The position numbers and the translations under genes are program-made. The notes beneath the pieces were generated by a model. It had not been told where the DNA came from. It saw only the letters and a program-made list of their open reading frames with translations, and did not search any database. A stretch of DNA of 64,000 bases from a virus (taxonomy: Duplodnaviria > Caudoviricetes), in IMG/VR virus record IMGVR_UViG_3300029305_001134, positions 1 to 64,000 of that record; one strand, given 5' to 3'. Of the stretch, positions 8,651 to 18,625 are shown one piece after another; position 1 is the stretch's first letter, and the number at the start of each line of letters is the position of its first letter.

Positions 8651-10417
8651 ATGGCGTTAAGCAACACAGCAACCCCTAAGTATTATGGAAGATTCAGAGA
8701 TGCTGTAATGCGAGGGGAAATCCCAGTTAATGAAGAAATCGCCCTAGAAATGAATCGAATAGACGAATTAATTGATAACCCTGGAATTTGGTATGACGAC
8801 CAAGCGATTCAGGGTTTTATTAATTACTGCGAGAATGAGTTAACACTAACAGACGGTGAAAACTTACATCTACTCGATTCATTTAAACTTTGGGCTGAAC
8901 AAATATTCGGTTGGTATTATTTCGTAGAGCGATCTGTATACCAGCCAAACCCTGATGGACACGGTGGTCGATATGTTACAAAGAAGATTAAGAAACGTTT
9001 GGTGAATAAACAATACTTAATCGTGGCTCGTGGTGCGGCAAAATCAATGTATGCATCTTGTATTCAGAGTTTCTTCCTAAACGTAGACACCTCGACCACC
9101 CATCAAATCACTACAGCTCCGACCATGAAACAGGCCGAAGAAGTAATGTCACCTATTCGAACAAGTATTACACGTTCTAGAGGACCACTCTTTCAGTTCC
9201 TCACAGAAGGTTCGTTACAAAACACTACTGGACCGAAAGCTAATCGAGTTAAATTGGCTTCTACTAAAGTCGGTATTCAGAATTTTCTGACAGGTTCCGT
9301 ACTCGAAGTAAGACCTATGTCAATCGACAAACTTCAGGGTCTTCGAGTTAAAGTAGCGACAATTGACGAATGGCTTTCTGGTGATATCAGAGAGGACGTT
9401 GTTGGTGCTATCGAACAGGGTGCAGCGAAAGAACAAGGTAGTGCTGAAAACAACGATTACCTTATTGTAGCGATTAGTTCAGAAGGTACCGTTCGTAATG
9501 GTAGCGGCGATACAATCAAAATGGAGTTAATGAAGATTCTCAAAGGCGAGTATAAAAATCCTCATACTTCGATTTGGTGGTATAAGCTCGATTCCATTGA
9601 CGAAATTAATGAACCTGACAAATGGCGTAAAGCTAACCCAAATCTCGGACTTACAGTATCATACGATACTTATCATGTTGACGTTGAAAGAGCAGAGCAA
9701 CATCCAGCGGCTCGTAATGATATTTTGGCAAAACGATTTGGTATACCTATGGAAGGTTATACATACTACTTCACATACGAAGAAACATTACCTCAACAGA
9801 AGAAACGTGACTACTGGAAGATGACTTGTGCGATGGGTGCGGACTTATCCCAAGGTGATGACTTCTGTTCATTCACGTTCTTATTCCCATTACGAGATGG
9901 ATGTTTTGGTGTTAAAACTAGAAACTATATTTCGGAAACTACTTTACTTAAATTACCATCAGCTATGCGTAGTAAATACGACGAGTTTATGAAAGAAGGT
10001 AGTTTAATAGTAATGAACGGAACCATTCTCGATATGATGGAAGTTTACGAGGATTTGGACGAGTATATTATCAACTGTGGTTATGATGTACAAGCATTCG
10101 GTTATGACCCTTACGGTGCAAAAGCTTTTGTCGAAAGATGGGAGTTGGAAAACGGACCATTTGGTATTGTTAAGGTTCCACAGGGTTCTAGAACTGAATC
10201 TATCCCTCTTGGTGAATTAAAGAAATTGTCCGAAGAGAGAATGCTTCTATTCGATGAGGAAATTATGTCCTTTGCGATGGGTAACTGTATCGTTATGGAA
10301 GACACAAATGGAAACAGAAAACTATTAAAGAAACGCTATGAGGCAAAGATTGACCCAGTTGCCAGTCTTATGGATGCATTTATAGCGTATAAACAGAATA
10401 GAGAGGCTTTTGATTAA
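8651..10417 (+). CDS. terL: terminase large subunit
   Basis: Walker A-like VARGAAKS, Walker B ATIDE, nuclease GADLSQGDD and KIDPVASLMDA. Confidence 0.93.
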   Translation: MALSNTATPKYYGRFRDAVMRGEIPVNEEIALEMNRIDELIDNPGIWYDDQAIQGFINYCENELTLTDGENLHLLDSFKLWAEQIFGWYYFVERSVYQPNPDGHGGRYVTKKIKKRLVNKQYLIVARGAAKSMYASCIQSFFLNVDTSTTHQITTAPTMKQAEEVMSPIRTSITRSRGPLFQFLTEGSLQNTTGPKANRVKLASTKVGIQNFLTGSVLEVRPMSIDKLQGLRVKVATIDEWLSGDIREDVVGAIEQGAAKEQGSAENNDYLIVAISSEGTVRNGSGDTIKMELMKILKGEYKNPHTSIWWYKLDSIDEINEPDKWRKANPNLGLTVSYDTYHVDVERAEQHPAARNDILAKRFGIPMEGYTYYFTYEETLPQQKKRDYWKMTCAMGADLSQGDDFCSFTFLFPLRDGCFGVKTRNYISETTLLKLPSAMRSKYDEFMKEGSLIVMNGTILDMMEVYEDLDEYIINCGYDVQAFGYDPYGAKAFVERWELENGPFGIVKVPQGSRTESIPLGELKKLSEERMLLFDEEIMSFAMGNCIVMEDTNGNRKLLKKRYEAKIDPVASLMDAFIAYKQNREAFD

Positions 10418-10437
10418 GAACCAGGAGGTGATTCAAA

Positions 10438-10992
10438 ATGGAATATTACAACGAAGATTATCTCATGCATTATGGCGTCCTCGGAATGAAATGGGGAGTT
10501 CGTAGAGCATTGCATAAATCCGAACGTAATAAAGACTTGAATATTAAAGCCTTAGATTACGATAAGAAATCAGCAAAGTATACTCGCAAATCCGAAAAGA
10601 TTCATGCTGAAGAAGATATCGGTAAAGCGAATAAAAAAGCTAAGAAAGCTGCTACTTATGAAGTTAGAGCTGCAAAGAAACAGAAGAAAGCGGAAAAGTC
10701 CGACAACGAATTGTCTCGTGCAATGTATACAAAGAAAGCTGAAAACTATAAGTATAAAGCGGCTAAAGCACAGCTGGAAGCCAACCGAATCGCAAAGACA
10801 GAAGGTTATAGCGGTAAGGCTATGAAATATTCCGTTAAATCAGATAAGGTGGCGATTAAGGCTGCTAAAGTCAGAAAGAAAATGGCGACCAACGAAGCGT
10901 ATATCGAAAAGATGAAACAGCGAGTATCCGAAATGTCTCCAGAAGATAGACGCGCAGGAAAAGAATACATCGATAGATTGATGAGTGCTTAG
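10438..10992 (+). CDS. LxH-YG-x-GMKWG family protein, very basic (Lys/Ala-rich)
   Basis: YLMHYGVLGMKWGVRR N-terminus. Confidence 0.8.
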   Translation: MEYYNEDYLMHYGVLGMKWGVRRALHKSERNKDLNIKALDYDKKSAKYTRKSEKIHAEEDIGKANKKAKKAATYEVRAAKKQKKAEKSDNELSRAMYTKKAENYKYKAAKAQLEANRIAKTEGYSGKAMKYSVKSDKVAIKAAKVRKKMATNEAYIEKMKQRVSEMSPEDRRAGKEYIDRLMSA

Positions 10993-11004
10993 GAGGTGTG
11001 ATAC

Positions 11005-11652
11005 TTGCATGAATATTACACAGTAACCCCTCACTCAGATGAGCTCTATCACTGGGGCGTAAAAGGTATGAAGTGGGGTGTTAGAAGATATCAGAACAAA
11101 GACGGATCACTTACTGATGCGGGGAAGAAACGCGCCGAATCATACAGACAAAAAGAATTATCGAGATTGGATAAAACATACGATACATCTCGACTCGATA
11201 AGCGTATACATAAAACTGCTCAGAAAATTAGTGACAGAATGCCAGATTCAACACCTGATGACAAACGCTACAACAAGTTGGTGGACAAAGCGAAGCGAGA
11301 TTCTTTCACATATTACTATAAACAAGGTATGAAAGCGGTTGAAACTAGCAGATTAAACAATATGACTTTGAAACAGATCGACACCGAACGTAAAAATATA
11401 GGTGCTGTTAAGGCTGCCAATGTTTTATCTATAGTAGGCGGTAGTACTATGGCTGCTATAGGCGGTTTCGGTTATATACGAACTGTAGATACAACGTCGT
11501 ACAAAACTAATTCGAGAGTTACAGACAACGATCGAGCTAGGGTTGTTAGTGATGCTCGCGTAGAATCAAGCGGAGATGTCGAATCGATGCTGGAAACAGG
11601 ATTCAACAATATAGGTAGAAAGAACCCACGAAAATGGGAGAGACCAACGTGA
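11005..11652 (+). CDS. LxH-WG-x-GMKWG family protein
   Basis: ELYHWGVKGMKWGVRRYQNKDGSLTDAGKKR; TTG start after AGGAGGTG. Confidence 0.78.
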   Translation: MHEYYTVTPHSDELYHWGVKGMKWGVRRYQNKDGSLTDAGKKRAESYRQKELSRLDKTYDTSRLDKRIHKTAQKISDRMPDSTPDDKRYNKLVDKAKRDSFTYYYKQGMKAVETSRLNNMTLKQIDTERKNIGAVKAANVLSIVGGSTMAAIGGFGYIRTVDTTSYKTNSRVTDNDRARVVSDARVESSGDVESMLETGFNNIGRKNPRKWERPT

Positions 11653-11675
11653 GAGTATAGGAGGTAAAATTCAAA

Positions 11676-12938
11676 ATGGGATTTAGAGATAGACTTCAGC
11701 ACGCCTGGTCAGCCTTTATGAATAAAGATCCAACATATGGTTATCGCCGTGATATTGGTATTAGTTATTCTAGACGTCCAGATAGAACTAGATTGTCGGG
11801 TGGAAATGAACGATCCATTATTACGGCATTATATAATCGAATAGCTGTTGACGTGGCAGCACTTGATATTGTTCACTGCAAACTCGATGAGAACGGGCAG
11901 TTCCTAAAAAGAATGAATTCCGATCTTAACAACTGTCTTAATTTAGAAGCTAACTTAGACCAAACAGGACGAGCTTTTATGCAGGACGTTGTTATATCGA
12001 TGTTAGATGAAGGCTGTGTGGCGATCGTACCGGTTGATACTGATATTGACCCAACAGTCTCAGATTCATATAAGATTTTATCCATGCGTACAGGTAAGAT
12101 TGTCGAATGGTATCCTAAGCACGTACGATTGAGTGTATATAACGAACGTACTGCTAAGAAGGAAGAAATCATTATGCCTAAAGATAAGGTTGCGATTATT
12201 GAAAACCCATTATATTCAGTAATCAACGAACCAAACTCTACGGTACAGCGATTGATTCGAAAATTAAATCTCCTGGACGTTATTGATGAACAAAGTGGTG
12301 CTGGTAAATTGGATTTAATTATTCAGTTACCTTATGTTATAAAGTCTGAAGCTCGCCGTACTCAGGCAGAACAGAGACGAAAAGACATAGAAATGCAGTT
12401 AGCAGGTTCCAAGTATGGTATCGCTTACACCGACGGAACAGAGCGAATAACTCAGTTAAACCGTTCAGTAGACAATAACCTTATGAAGCAGATCGAGTAT
12501 TTGACTAATATGGTTTACAGTCAGTTAGGTATCACTCAATCTATTCTCGATGGTACAGCGGATGAACAAACTCAGCTTAACTATCAGACTAGAACTATCG
12601 AACCTATTATCTCAGCAATCGTGGATGAAATGAAGAGAAAGTTCTTAACAAAGACTGCGAGATCTCAGTTACAGACAATTACGTTCTTCCGAGATCCGTT
12701 CAAGCTTGTACCAGTTGGTAATATTGCCGAGATTGCGGACAAACTTACTCGTAATAAGATTCTTACTGCGAATGAGGTACGTCAGATTATCGGTATGAGA
12801 CCTTCCGAAGATCCAGATGCTGATAGATTGAAGAATGCTAACATTGCAGAATCTAAACAACAGGTACCACCAAGTGATAAATCACAAGAAACAGATGTAA
12901 CACAGCAACAGATGGAGGAAAATCAAAATGGCGAATGA
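11676..12938 (+). CDS. portal protein
   Basis: 420 aa between terL and protease; HK97-type portal features (IAVDVAAL..., ILTANEVRQIIG). Confidence 0.9.
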   Translation: MGFRDRLQHAWSAFMNKDPTYGYRRDIGISYSRRPDRTRLSGGNERSIITALYNRIAVDVAALDIVHCKLDENGQFLKRMNSDLNNCLNLEANLDQTGRAFMQDVVISMLDEGCVAIVPVDTDIDPTVSDSYKILSMRTGKIVEWYPKHVRLSVYNERTAKKEEIIMPKDKVAIIENPLYSVINEPNSTVQRLIRKLNLLDVIDEQSGAGKLDLIIQLPYVIKSEARRTQAEQRRKDIEMQLAGSKYGIAYTDGTERITQLNRSVDNNLMKQIEYLTNMVYSQLGITQSILDGTADEQTQLNYQTRTIEPIISAIVDEMKRKFLTKTARSQLQTITFFRDPFKLVPVGNIAEIADKLTRNKILTANEVRQIIGMRPSEDPDADRLKNANIAESKQQVPPSDKSQETDVTQQQMEENQNGE

Positions 12939-14811
12939 ATTTGATTTCAGTGGCTATGCTACGCGTAATGATTTACTCTGCGGTGACGGTCGAATCATTC
13001 GAAAGAATGCTTTTATAAATGACGATGGACAGACAGTACCAATGGTATGGAATCACGATCATACTAAACCAGACGCTGTACTCGGTCATGCATTACTTGA
13101 AAATAGAGACGATGGGGTTTACGCATATTGTAAATTCAACGATACCGAAGCTGGCCAGAATGCTAAGAAATTGGTTGAACACGGCGACGTGCGATCACTT
13201 TCAATATATGCAAACAAACTTAAACAGAGAGGTAATGAAGTAATCCACGGTATTATTCGTGAACTTAGTTTAGTATTGGCTGGAGCTAATCCAGGGGCAT
13301 ATGTCGATTTCGTTATGGCTCACAGCGATGATGAAAACGGCGATGGCGTATTTGCTAACTATGACGAAAATGCTCTCGTACTCTACCACTCTGATGACTC
13401 TGAAAAGAAAGGAGACACAAAAGTGGCAGAGGAAACAAAGAAACCAGAAGCCGAAAAAGGTAACGAGAAAACAATTAAAGAAATGTTCGAAGCATTTACA
13501 CCAGAACAGAAAGAAGTTGTATACGCCTTGATCGGTTATGCGGTAGAAGACGCTACTAAAGGTAAGAAAGAAGAAAAAGAAGTTAAGTATTCCGATGATA
13601 ATGCTTCAGATAGTGAAAAAACTATTAAAGAATTATTCGACGCGTTCACACCTGAACAGAAAGATGTCGTATATTTTATGATCGGCGAAGCGCTTAAACA
13701 TAATGAAGAATCTGATGAAGATGAAGAAAATGAAGGAGGAAATGCTGATATGAAACAGAACGCATTTGAACAGAACGAAAACCAGACTAACGACGTACTT
13801 AGCCATTCCGAAATGAAAGCTATTTTCGAAGATGCAAAACGTTGTGGTTCTCTGAAAGAAGCTGTATTAGCACATGGTATCGAGGAAATTGAATTGCTGT
13901 TCCCAGACCATAAAAAACTGAATAACGAACCAGGATTCATCAAACGTGATGACGATTGGGTAGCTAAAGTATTGGGTGGAGTTCATCACACACCATTCTC
14001 TAGAATTAAAACTGTATTTGCTGACATCACAGCAGCACAGGCTAGAGCTAAAGGTTACCAGAAAGGAAATCTGAAAGTTGAAGAAGTATTCAAACTGTTG
14101 AAACGTGTTACAAATCCAACAACTGTTTACAAGAAACAGGCTCTGGATCGTGACGACATTCTGGATATTACAGACTTCAACATCATTCCATGGCTGAAAA
14201 GCGAATTGCGTATGATGCTGAATGAGGAATTGGCTCGTGCTTTCCTGATTGGTGATGGAAGAGATCCAGTAGAAGAAGCTAACGACAAAATCGACGAAGA
14301 ATGTATCAGACCAATCTGGAAGATGGAAGAACTGTTTACAGTTAAAGTTCCAATTAAAGTTTCTGCGGCAGCTACAGCTGATGAAAGAGCTAAAGCATTT
14401 ATCAGAGCTTGTATCAAATCCAGAAAAGAATACAAAGGTTCTGGTAACCCAGCTATGTTTATGTCCGAAGATATGCTGACAGACTGTCTGTTAGTTGAAG
14501 ACGTAAACGGTCGCGTTATCTACGATACAGTAGCTAAATTGGCTGCTACTCTGCGTGTATCCGAAATCATTCCAGTTCCAGTAATGGAAGGACTGACAAG
14601 AACAGACGATGACGGCAAGACATTCGAATTGGCTGCTATCTACGTAAACCTGAAAGACTATAACGTAGGTACAGACAAAGGTGGCGAAATTAACACATTC
14701 GACGATTTCGATATCGACTACAACAAACAGAAATACCTGATGGAAACACGTTGCTCCGGTACTCTGGTTAAACCACATTCCGCTGTAGCTCTGGAATTCG
14801 TTGTAGAATAA
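12928..14811 (+). CDS. prohead protease-scaffold-major capsid fusion (HK97 type)
   Basis: FSGYAT...VWNHDH...SLSI...ELSLV..GANP protease; acidic linker; C-terminal capsid domain; internal RBS+starts at 13423 and 13750. Confidence 0.9.
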   Translation: MANEFDFSGYATRNDLLCGDGRIIRKNAFINDDGQTVPMVWNHDHTKPDAVLGHALLENRDDGVYAYCKFNDTEAGQNAKKLVEHGDVRSLSIYANKLKQRGNEVIHGIIRELSLVLAGANPGAYVDFVMAHSDDENGDGVFANYDENALVLYHSDDSEKKGDTKVAEETKKPEAEKGNEKTIKEMFEAFTPEQKEVVYALIGYAVEDATKGKKEEKEVKYSDDNASDSEKTIKELFDAFTPEQKDVVYFMIGEALKHNEESDEDEENEGGNADMKQNAFEQNENQTNDVLSHSEMKAIFEDAKRCGSLKEAVLAHGIEEIELLFPDHKKLNNEPGFIKRDDDWVAKVLGGVHHTPFSRIKTVFADITAAQARAKGYQKGNLKVEEVFKLLKRVTNPTTVYKKQALDRDDILDITDFNIIPWLKSELRMMLNEELARAFLIGDGRDPVEEANDKIDEECIRPIWKMEELFTVKVPIKVSAAATADERAKAFIRACIKSRKEYKGSGNPAMFMSEDMLTDCLLVEDVNGRVIYDTVAKLAATLRVSEIIPVPVMEGLTRTDDDGKTFELAAIYVNLKDYNVGTDKGGEINTFDDFDIDYNKQKYLMETRCSGTLVKPHSAVALEFVVE

Positions 14812-14837
14812 TAAAATTCAAAATGGAGAGATAAATC

Positions 14838-15152
14838 ATGGCGAAATATTATGGGAAAATCGGCTTTGCTGAATCGGTTGAAACTAGACCTGGTAGATGG
14901 GAAGAGAAACTAGTAGAACGTCCATATTTTGGCGACACTATTCGAAATACTCGAATACTTCAGAATTCTGGTAATGTAAACGACAACATTAACGTCGCTA
15001 ACCAGATTAGTATTGTAGCCGACCCATACGCCATGAATAATTTCTTCACGATGAGATATGTGGAATATATGAACGCTCGATGGAAAGTATCAAACGTTGA
15101 ACTTCAGTATCCACGATTAATATTAACTATAGGAGGCTTGCATAATGGATAG
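14838..15152 (+). CDS. head closure/stopper protein
   Basis: position after the capsid; size; WKVSNVE..PRLILT. Confidence 0.65.
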   Translation: MAKYYGKIGFAESVETRPGRWEEKLVERPYFGDTIRNTRILQNSGNVNDNINVANQISIVADPYAMNNFFTMRYVEYMNARWKVSNVELQYPRLILTIGGLHNG

Positions 15153-15453
15153 ATCGCTTAAATTACAAGAAGAGCTTGAAATTCTGCTCGGTAGTAGAAA
15201 TGTATATTTCCAACCTCCTAGTACGTTAATGATGAAATATCCTTGCATTCGATATTCGAAGAAAGGTAATGACGCCAAACATGCGAATAATAGAATCTAT
15301 AAAACTATGAATCGTTATGAAGGTGTTGTGATAGATTACGATCCAGATACAACTATTCCAGATCAGATTTTACATCATTTCCCGATGTGTAGTCTCGGTA
15401 GTGGGTATGTTGCTGATAATCTGAATCACTATCCATTTACATTATATTATTAA
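15145..15453 (+). CDS. tail terminator-like protein
   Basis: NVYFQPP...YPCIRY motif; directly before the major tail gene. Confidence 0.65.
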   Translation: MDRSLKLQEELEILLGSRNVYFQPPSTLMMKYPCIRYSKKGNDAKHANNRIYKTMNRYEGVVIDYDPDTTIPDQILHHFPMCSLGSGYVADNLNHYPFTLYY

Positions 15454-15478
15454 AACTTATATAAGGAGGAAACAACTC

Positions 15479-16132
15479 ATGGCTAAACTTGAATGGGATA
15501 AAACCGGCGAACGTTATTATGAAACCGGTGTCAAATACGGTGTGCTTTACCCACAGGTAGACGGAGAGTATCCACAGGGTGTAGCTTGGAACGGTCTTAC
15601 GGCTGTTACAGAAAGCCCATCCGGTGCGGAAGCAACTCCAATGTATGCTGATGACATTAAATACTTGAATCTGATGTCTAACGAAGAATTTGGTTATAGT
15701 ATCGAAGCATATACATATCCGGTTGAATTCGAAGAATGTGATGGTTCTGCCGAAATTGCTACAGGCGTTAAAATCGGACAGCAGCCACGTAAAGCATTCG
15801 GTCTGTGCTACAGAACTACACTCGGTAATGACACAGAATTCAACGATCACGGATATAAACTGCATTTGGTTTATAACAGCTTGGCAGCTCCATCTGAGAA
15901 AGCTTATGCTACTATCAATGATAGTCCAGAAGCAATCACTTTCTCTTGGGAATGTACAACTACACCAGTTAACGTCACTGGACACAAACCAACAGCTAGC
16001 ATCGTAATTGATTCTACTAAAGCTGACAAAGCTAAGTTAGCTGCTCTGGAAGCTATTCTGTATGGTTCTGAAAATGAAGAACCAAGATTGCCATTACCAG
16101 ATGAAATCATGACATTAATGAAATCTGCGTAA
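15479..16132 (+). CDS. major tail protein
   Basis: WDKTGERYYETGV...WNGLTAVTESPSGAE...RLPLPDEI. Confidence 0.88.
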   Translation: MAKLEWDKTGERYYETGVKYGVLYPQVDGEYPQGVAWNGLTAVTESPSGAEATPMYADDIKYLNLMSNEEFGYSIEAYTYPVEFEECDGSAEIATGVKIGQQPRKAFGLCYRTTLGNDTEFNDHGYKLHLVYNSLAAPSEKAYATINDSPEAITFSWECTTTPVNVTGHKPTASIVIDSTKADKAKLAALEAILYGSENEEPRLPLPDEIMTLMKSA

Positions 16133-16150
16133 TAATATACACGAATGATT

Positions 16151-16183
16151 AAGGCCTCACTTCAAAATGGTGGGGTCTTTTTC
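16151..16183 (+). terminator. intrinsic terminator with the TCAAAATGG motif in its loop
   Basis: AAGGCCTCAC-TTCAAAATG-GTGGGGTCTT followed by a T-run. Confidence 0.8.
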
Positions 16184-16222
16184 TACTAAACACACAATCA
16201 CTCGAAAAGGAGAACAAATTTT

Positions 16223-16621
16223 ATGTTAAAGAAAACTGTCACATATGAAGATTACAATGGAACTGAAAGAACTGAGGATTTTTACTTCAACCTCAACAAA
16301 GCTGAAATTACAGAAATGGAATTGGGTACAACGGGCGGTTTATCCGAAATGATTAAGAAAGTTGTAGCTACACAGGACGCTCCAGCTATTATTAAGATTT
16401 TCAAAGATTTGGTATTAAAAGCATACGGCGAGAAAAGTGCTGATGGTAGACGATTCATCAAGATCGCTCCAGACGGACACAGATTGGCAGACGATTTCGC
16501 TCAGACAGAAGCGTATAGTCAGATCTTTATGGAACTGGCATTTGATGCGGACGCTGCGGCTAAATTTGTTAATGGGATTGTTCCAAAGACTGAAGGAACG
16601 AATGTACCAGCGATTAAATAA
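16223..16621 (+). CDS. tail assembly chaperone
   Basis: follows the major tail gene; EDFYFNLNKAEI motif. Confidence 0.7.
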   Translation: MLKKTVTYEDYNGTERTEDFYFNLNKAEITEMELGTTGGLSEMIKKVVATQDAPAIIKIFKDLVLKAYGEKSADGRRFIKIAPDGHRLADDFAQTEAYSQIFMELAFDADAAAKFVNGIVPKTEGTNVPAIK

Positions 16622-16644
16622 GAAAACAATGGAGGTGTGAGAAG

Positions 16645-17187
16645 ATGTTTCAATTAGTCATTCCTGGAGATGAGATTTGGGATGAAGAAAACGGTTGTTT
16701 CTATTATATAAATAACCAAGTATTACGACTGGAACATTCCCTCGCATCTCTTTATAAATGGGAATCCAAGTGGCATAAGCCTTTTTTTTCCAAAAAAGCT
16801 ATGAGCTACGAGGAAACTATAGATTATATACGATGTATGACATTGGATAATAACGTGTCTGATGATATTTATGCTTCTTTGCAAGAGAGACAGATTAAAG
16901 AAATTTTGGCGTATATAGATAACCCTATGACAGCTACTACTTTTTCGAAAGAGAAGAATCAGAAGCCAAATAGGGATATTATAACCGCTGAACTAATTTA
17001 TTACTGGATGATTCGGGCACAAATACCATTCGAATGTCAATATTGGCATCTTAATCAATTAATGACTCTCATTCGTGTTTGTAGTATTAAAAACGAACCA
17101 CCTAAGAAGATGGGCAAACATGAATCTTTACGACAGCGTTCAGCATTGAATGCGGCTCGTCGTGCACAAATGAACACGAAAGGTTGA
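16645..17187 (+). CDS. second tail assembly chaperone-like protein
   Basis: own RBS GGAGGTG; LEHSL..WESKWHKPF, WHLNQLMTLIRVC. Confidence 0.6.
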   Translation: MFQLVIPGDEIWDEENGCFYYINNQVLRLEHSLASLYKWESKWHKPFFSKKAMSYEETIDYIRCMTLDNNVSDDIYASLQERQIKEILAYIDNPMTATTFSKEKNQKPNRDIITAELIYYWMIRAQIPFECQYWHLNQLMTLIRVCSIKNEPPKKMGKHESLRQRSALNAARRAQMNTKG

Positions 17188-17193
17188 TAAAAC

Positions 17194-18231
17194 ATGGTTA
17201 AAAGAAAAATTTGTCTTGATGCTGGACATTATGGAAAATACAACCAGAGTCCAGCTAATAGCGCATATTTCGAGTCTGTAATGAACTGGAAATTACATAA
17301 CTTATTGAAAGATGAGTTGGAAACATACGGATTCGAAGTTATCACAACAAGAAGTAGTCAGGCTAAAGACCTGAGTTTATATAGTCGTGGAGCAAAATCA
17401 AAGGGATGTGATTTGTTCTTATCTATTCATTCCAATGCAGTTGGTTCTGGAGTGAACGAGAAAGTTGATTATCCTGTAGTTTATGTACCGTTAAGTGGTA
17501 ATGGTGACGCACTAGGTCAGAGACTTGCTGATTGTATTGCGGACACTATGGACACTGACCAGCCAGGACGAATTGCTAAGAGAAAGAGTGAGAAAACTGG
17601 TGGAGAGTATTATGGTGTAATCCGTGGTGCGGTAGGCGTTGGAACAATCGGTATGATTCTCGAACATAGTTTCCACACAAATACTCGCTCTACAAATTGG
17701 TTGCTTAAGAATTCCAATCTGGAGAAATTGGCAAAAGCAGAAGCTAAAGTAATTGCTGATTATTTCAAAATGGAAAAAGTGACAGCATCTGCTCCAGTTA
17801 CTGAGAAGAACGAAACAACAGTATATCCTAAAGCTCCATTCGCAGTAAAAGTGTTAGTGAGCGATTTGAATTATCGTTCAGAACCATCAATGGACGGTGA
17901 TGTATTAGGTGTTACTAGTAAAGGTACATTCACTATCGTTCTGGTAGACGGTAACTGGGGTAAACTCAAATCTGGTAAAGGTTGGATCTATCTTGGTAAT
18001 CCAGAATATTGTACGATCGTTAACACTCTTCCATTTAATGTCAAAGTCGAAATCGACGATCTGAATATTCGTACAGGCCCAGGAACAAATTATGTGAAAA
18101 CAGGCGAATGCACTGGAAAAGGTAAATTCACAATTACAGAAATTAAAGAAGGTAAAGGTTCCGACACTGGTTGGGGTAAACTCAAATCTGGTGCTGGATG
18201 GATTTCTCTGGATTACACAAAACGTGTATAA
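17194..18231 (+). CDS. endolysin: N-acetylmuramoyl-L-alanine amidase (Amidase_3) with two SH3b-like domains
   Basis: CLDAGH...E...LSIHSNA...ILEHSFH; LNYRSEPS/LNIRTGPG...WGKLKSG repeats. Confidence 0.9.
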   Translation: MVKRKICLDAGHYGKYNQSPANSAYFESVMNWKLHNLLKDELETYGFEVITTRSSQAKDLSLYSRGAKSKGCDLFLSIHSNAVGSGVNEKVDYPVVYVPLSGNGDALGQRLADCIADTMDTDQPGRIAKRKSEKTGGEYYGVIRGAVGVGTIGMILEHSFHTNTRSTNWLLKNSNLEKLAKAEAKVIADYFKMEKVTASAPVTEKNETTVYPKAPFAVKVLVSDLNYRSEPSMDGDVLGVTSKGTFTIVLVDGNWGKLKSGKGWIYLGNPEYCTIVNTLPFNVKVEIDDLNIRTGPGTNYVKTGECTGKGKFTITEIKEGKGSDTGWGKLKSGAGWISLDYTKRV

Positions 18232-18247
18232 GTAAAGGAGATAAAAT

Positions 18248-18625
18248 ATGATTAGTTTCAGACAAAAGGGCGACTTTAAAAAGCTAACCCGCTACTTAGA
18301 AAAAGCAAAAGAGGCTGTCAAACTTGGAGACCTCGATAAGTACGGTAAAGAAGGAGTAGCCGCCCTTGCGTCTGCAACACCTGTAGATACCGGAAAAACT
18401 GCTAATTCTTGGTATTACGAAATAGAACATAAAAACGGGTCAGTTACAATTACTTTTAATAATTCAAATATTCAAAATGGAGTATTAATAGCTATTATTT
18501 TATTTTACGGACACGGAACGAGAAATGGCGGTTGGGTAGAAGGGCGAGATTACATTAACCCTACTATCCGACCTGTTTTTGATAGACTTGCAAATCAAGC
18601 ATGGGAGGAGGTTACTAAGTTATGA
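18248..18625 (+). CDS. HK97 gp10-like tail completion protein
   Basis: TPVDTGKTANSW...YGHGTRNGG motif. Confidence 0.75.
   Translation: MISFRQKGDFKKLTRYLEKAKEAVKLGDLDKYGKEGVAALASATPVDTGKTANSWYYEIEHKNGSVTITFNNSNIQNGVLIAIILFYGHGTRNGGWVEGRDYINPTIRPVFDRLANQAWEEVTKL

Noticed and set aside
16223-17187. Programmed frameshift between the tail chaperones
   Set aside because: The second ORF has its own strong RBS and I saw no clear slippery heptamer at the end of the first.
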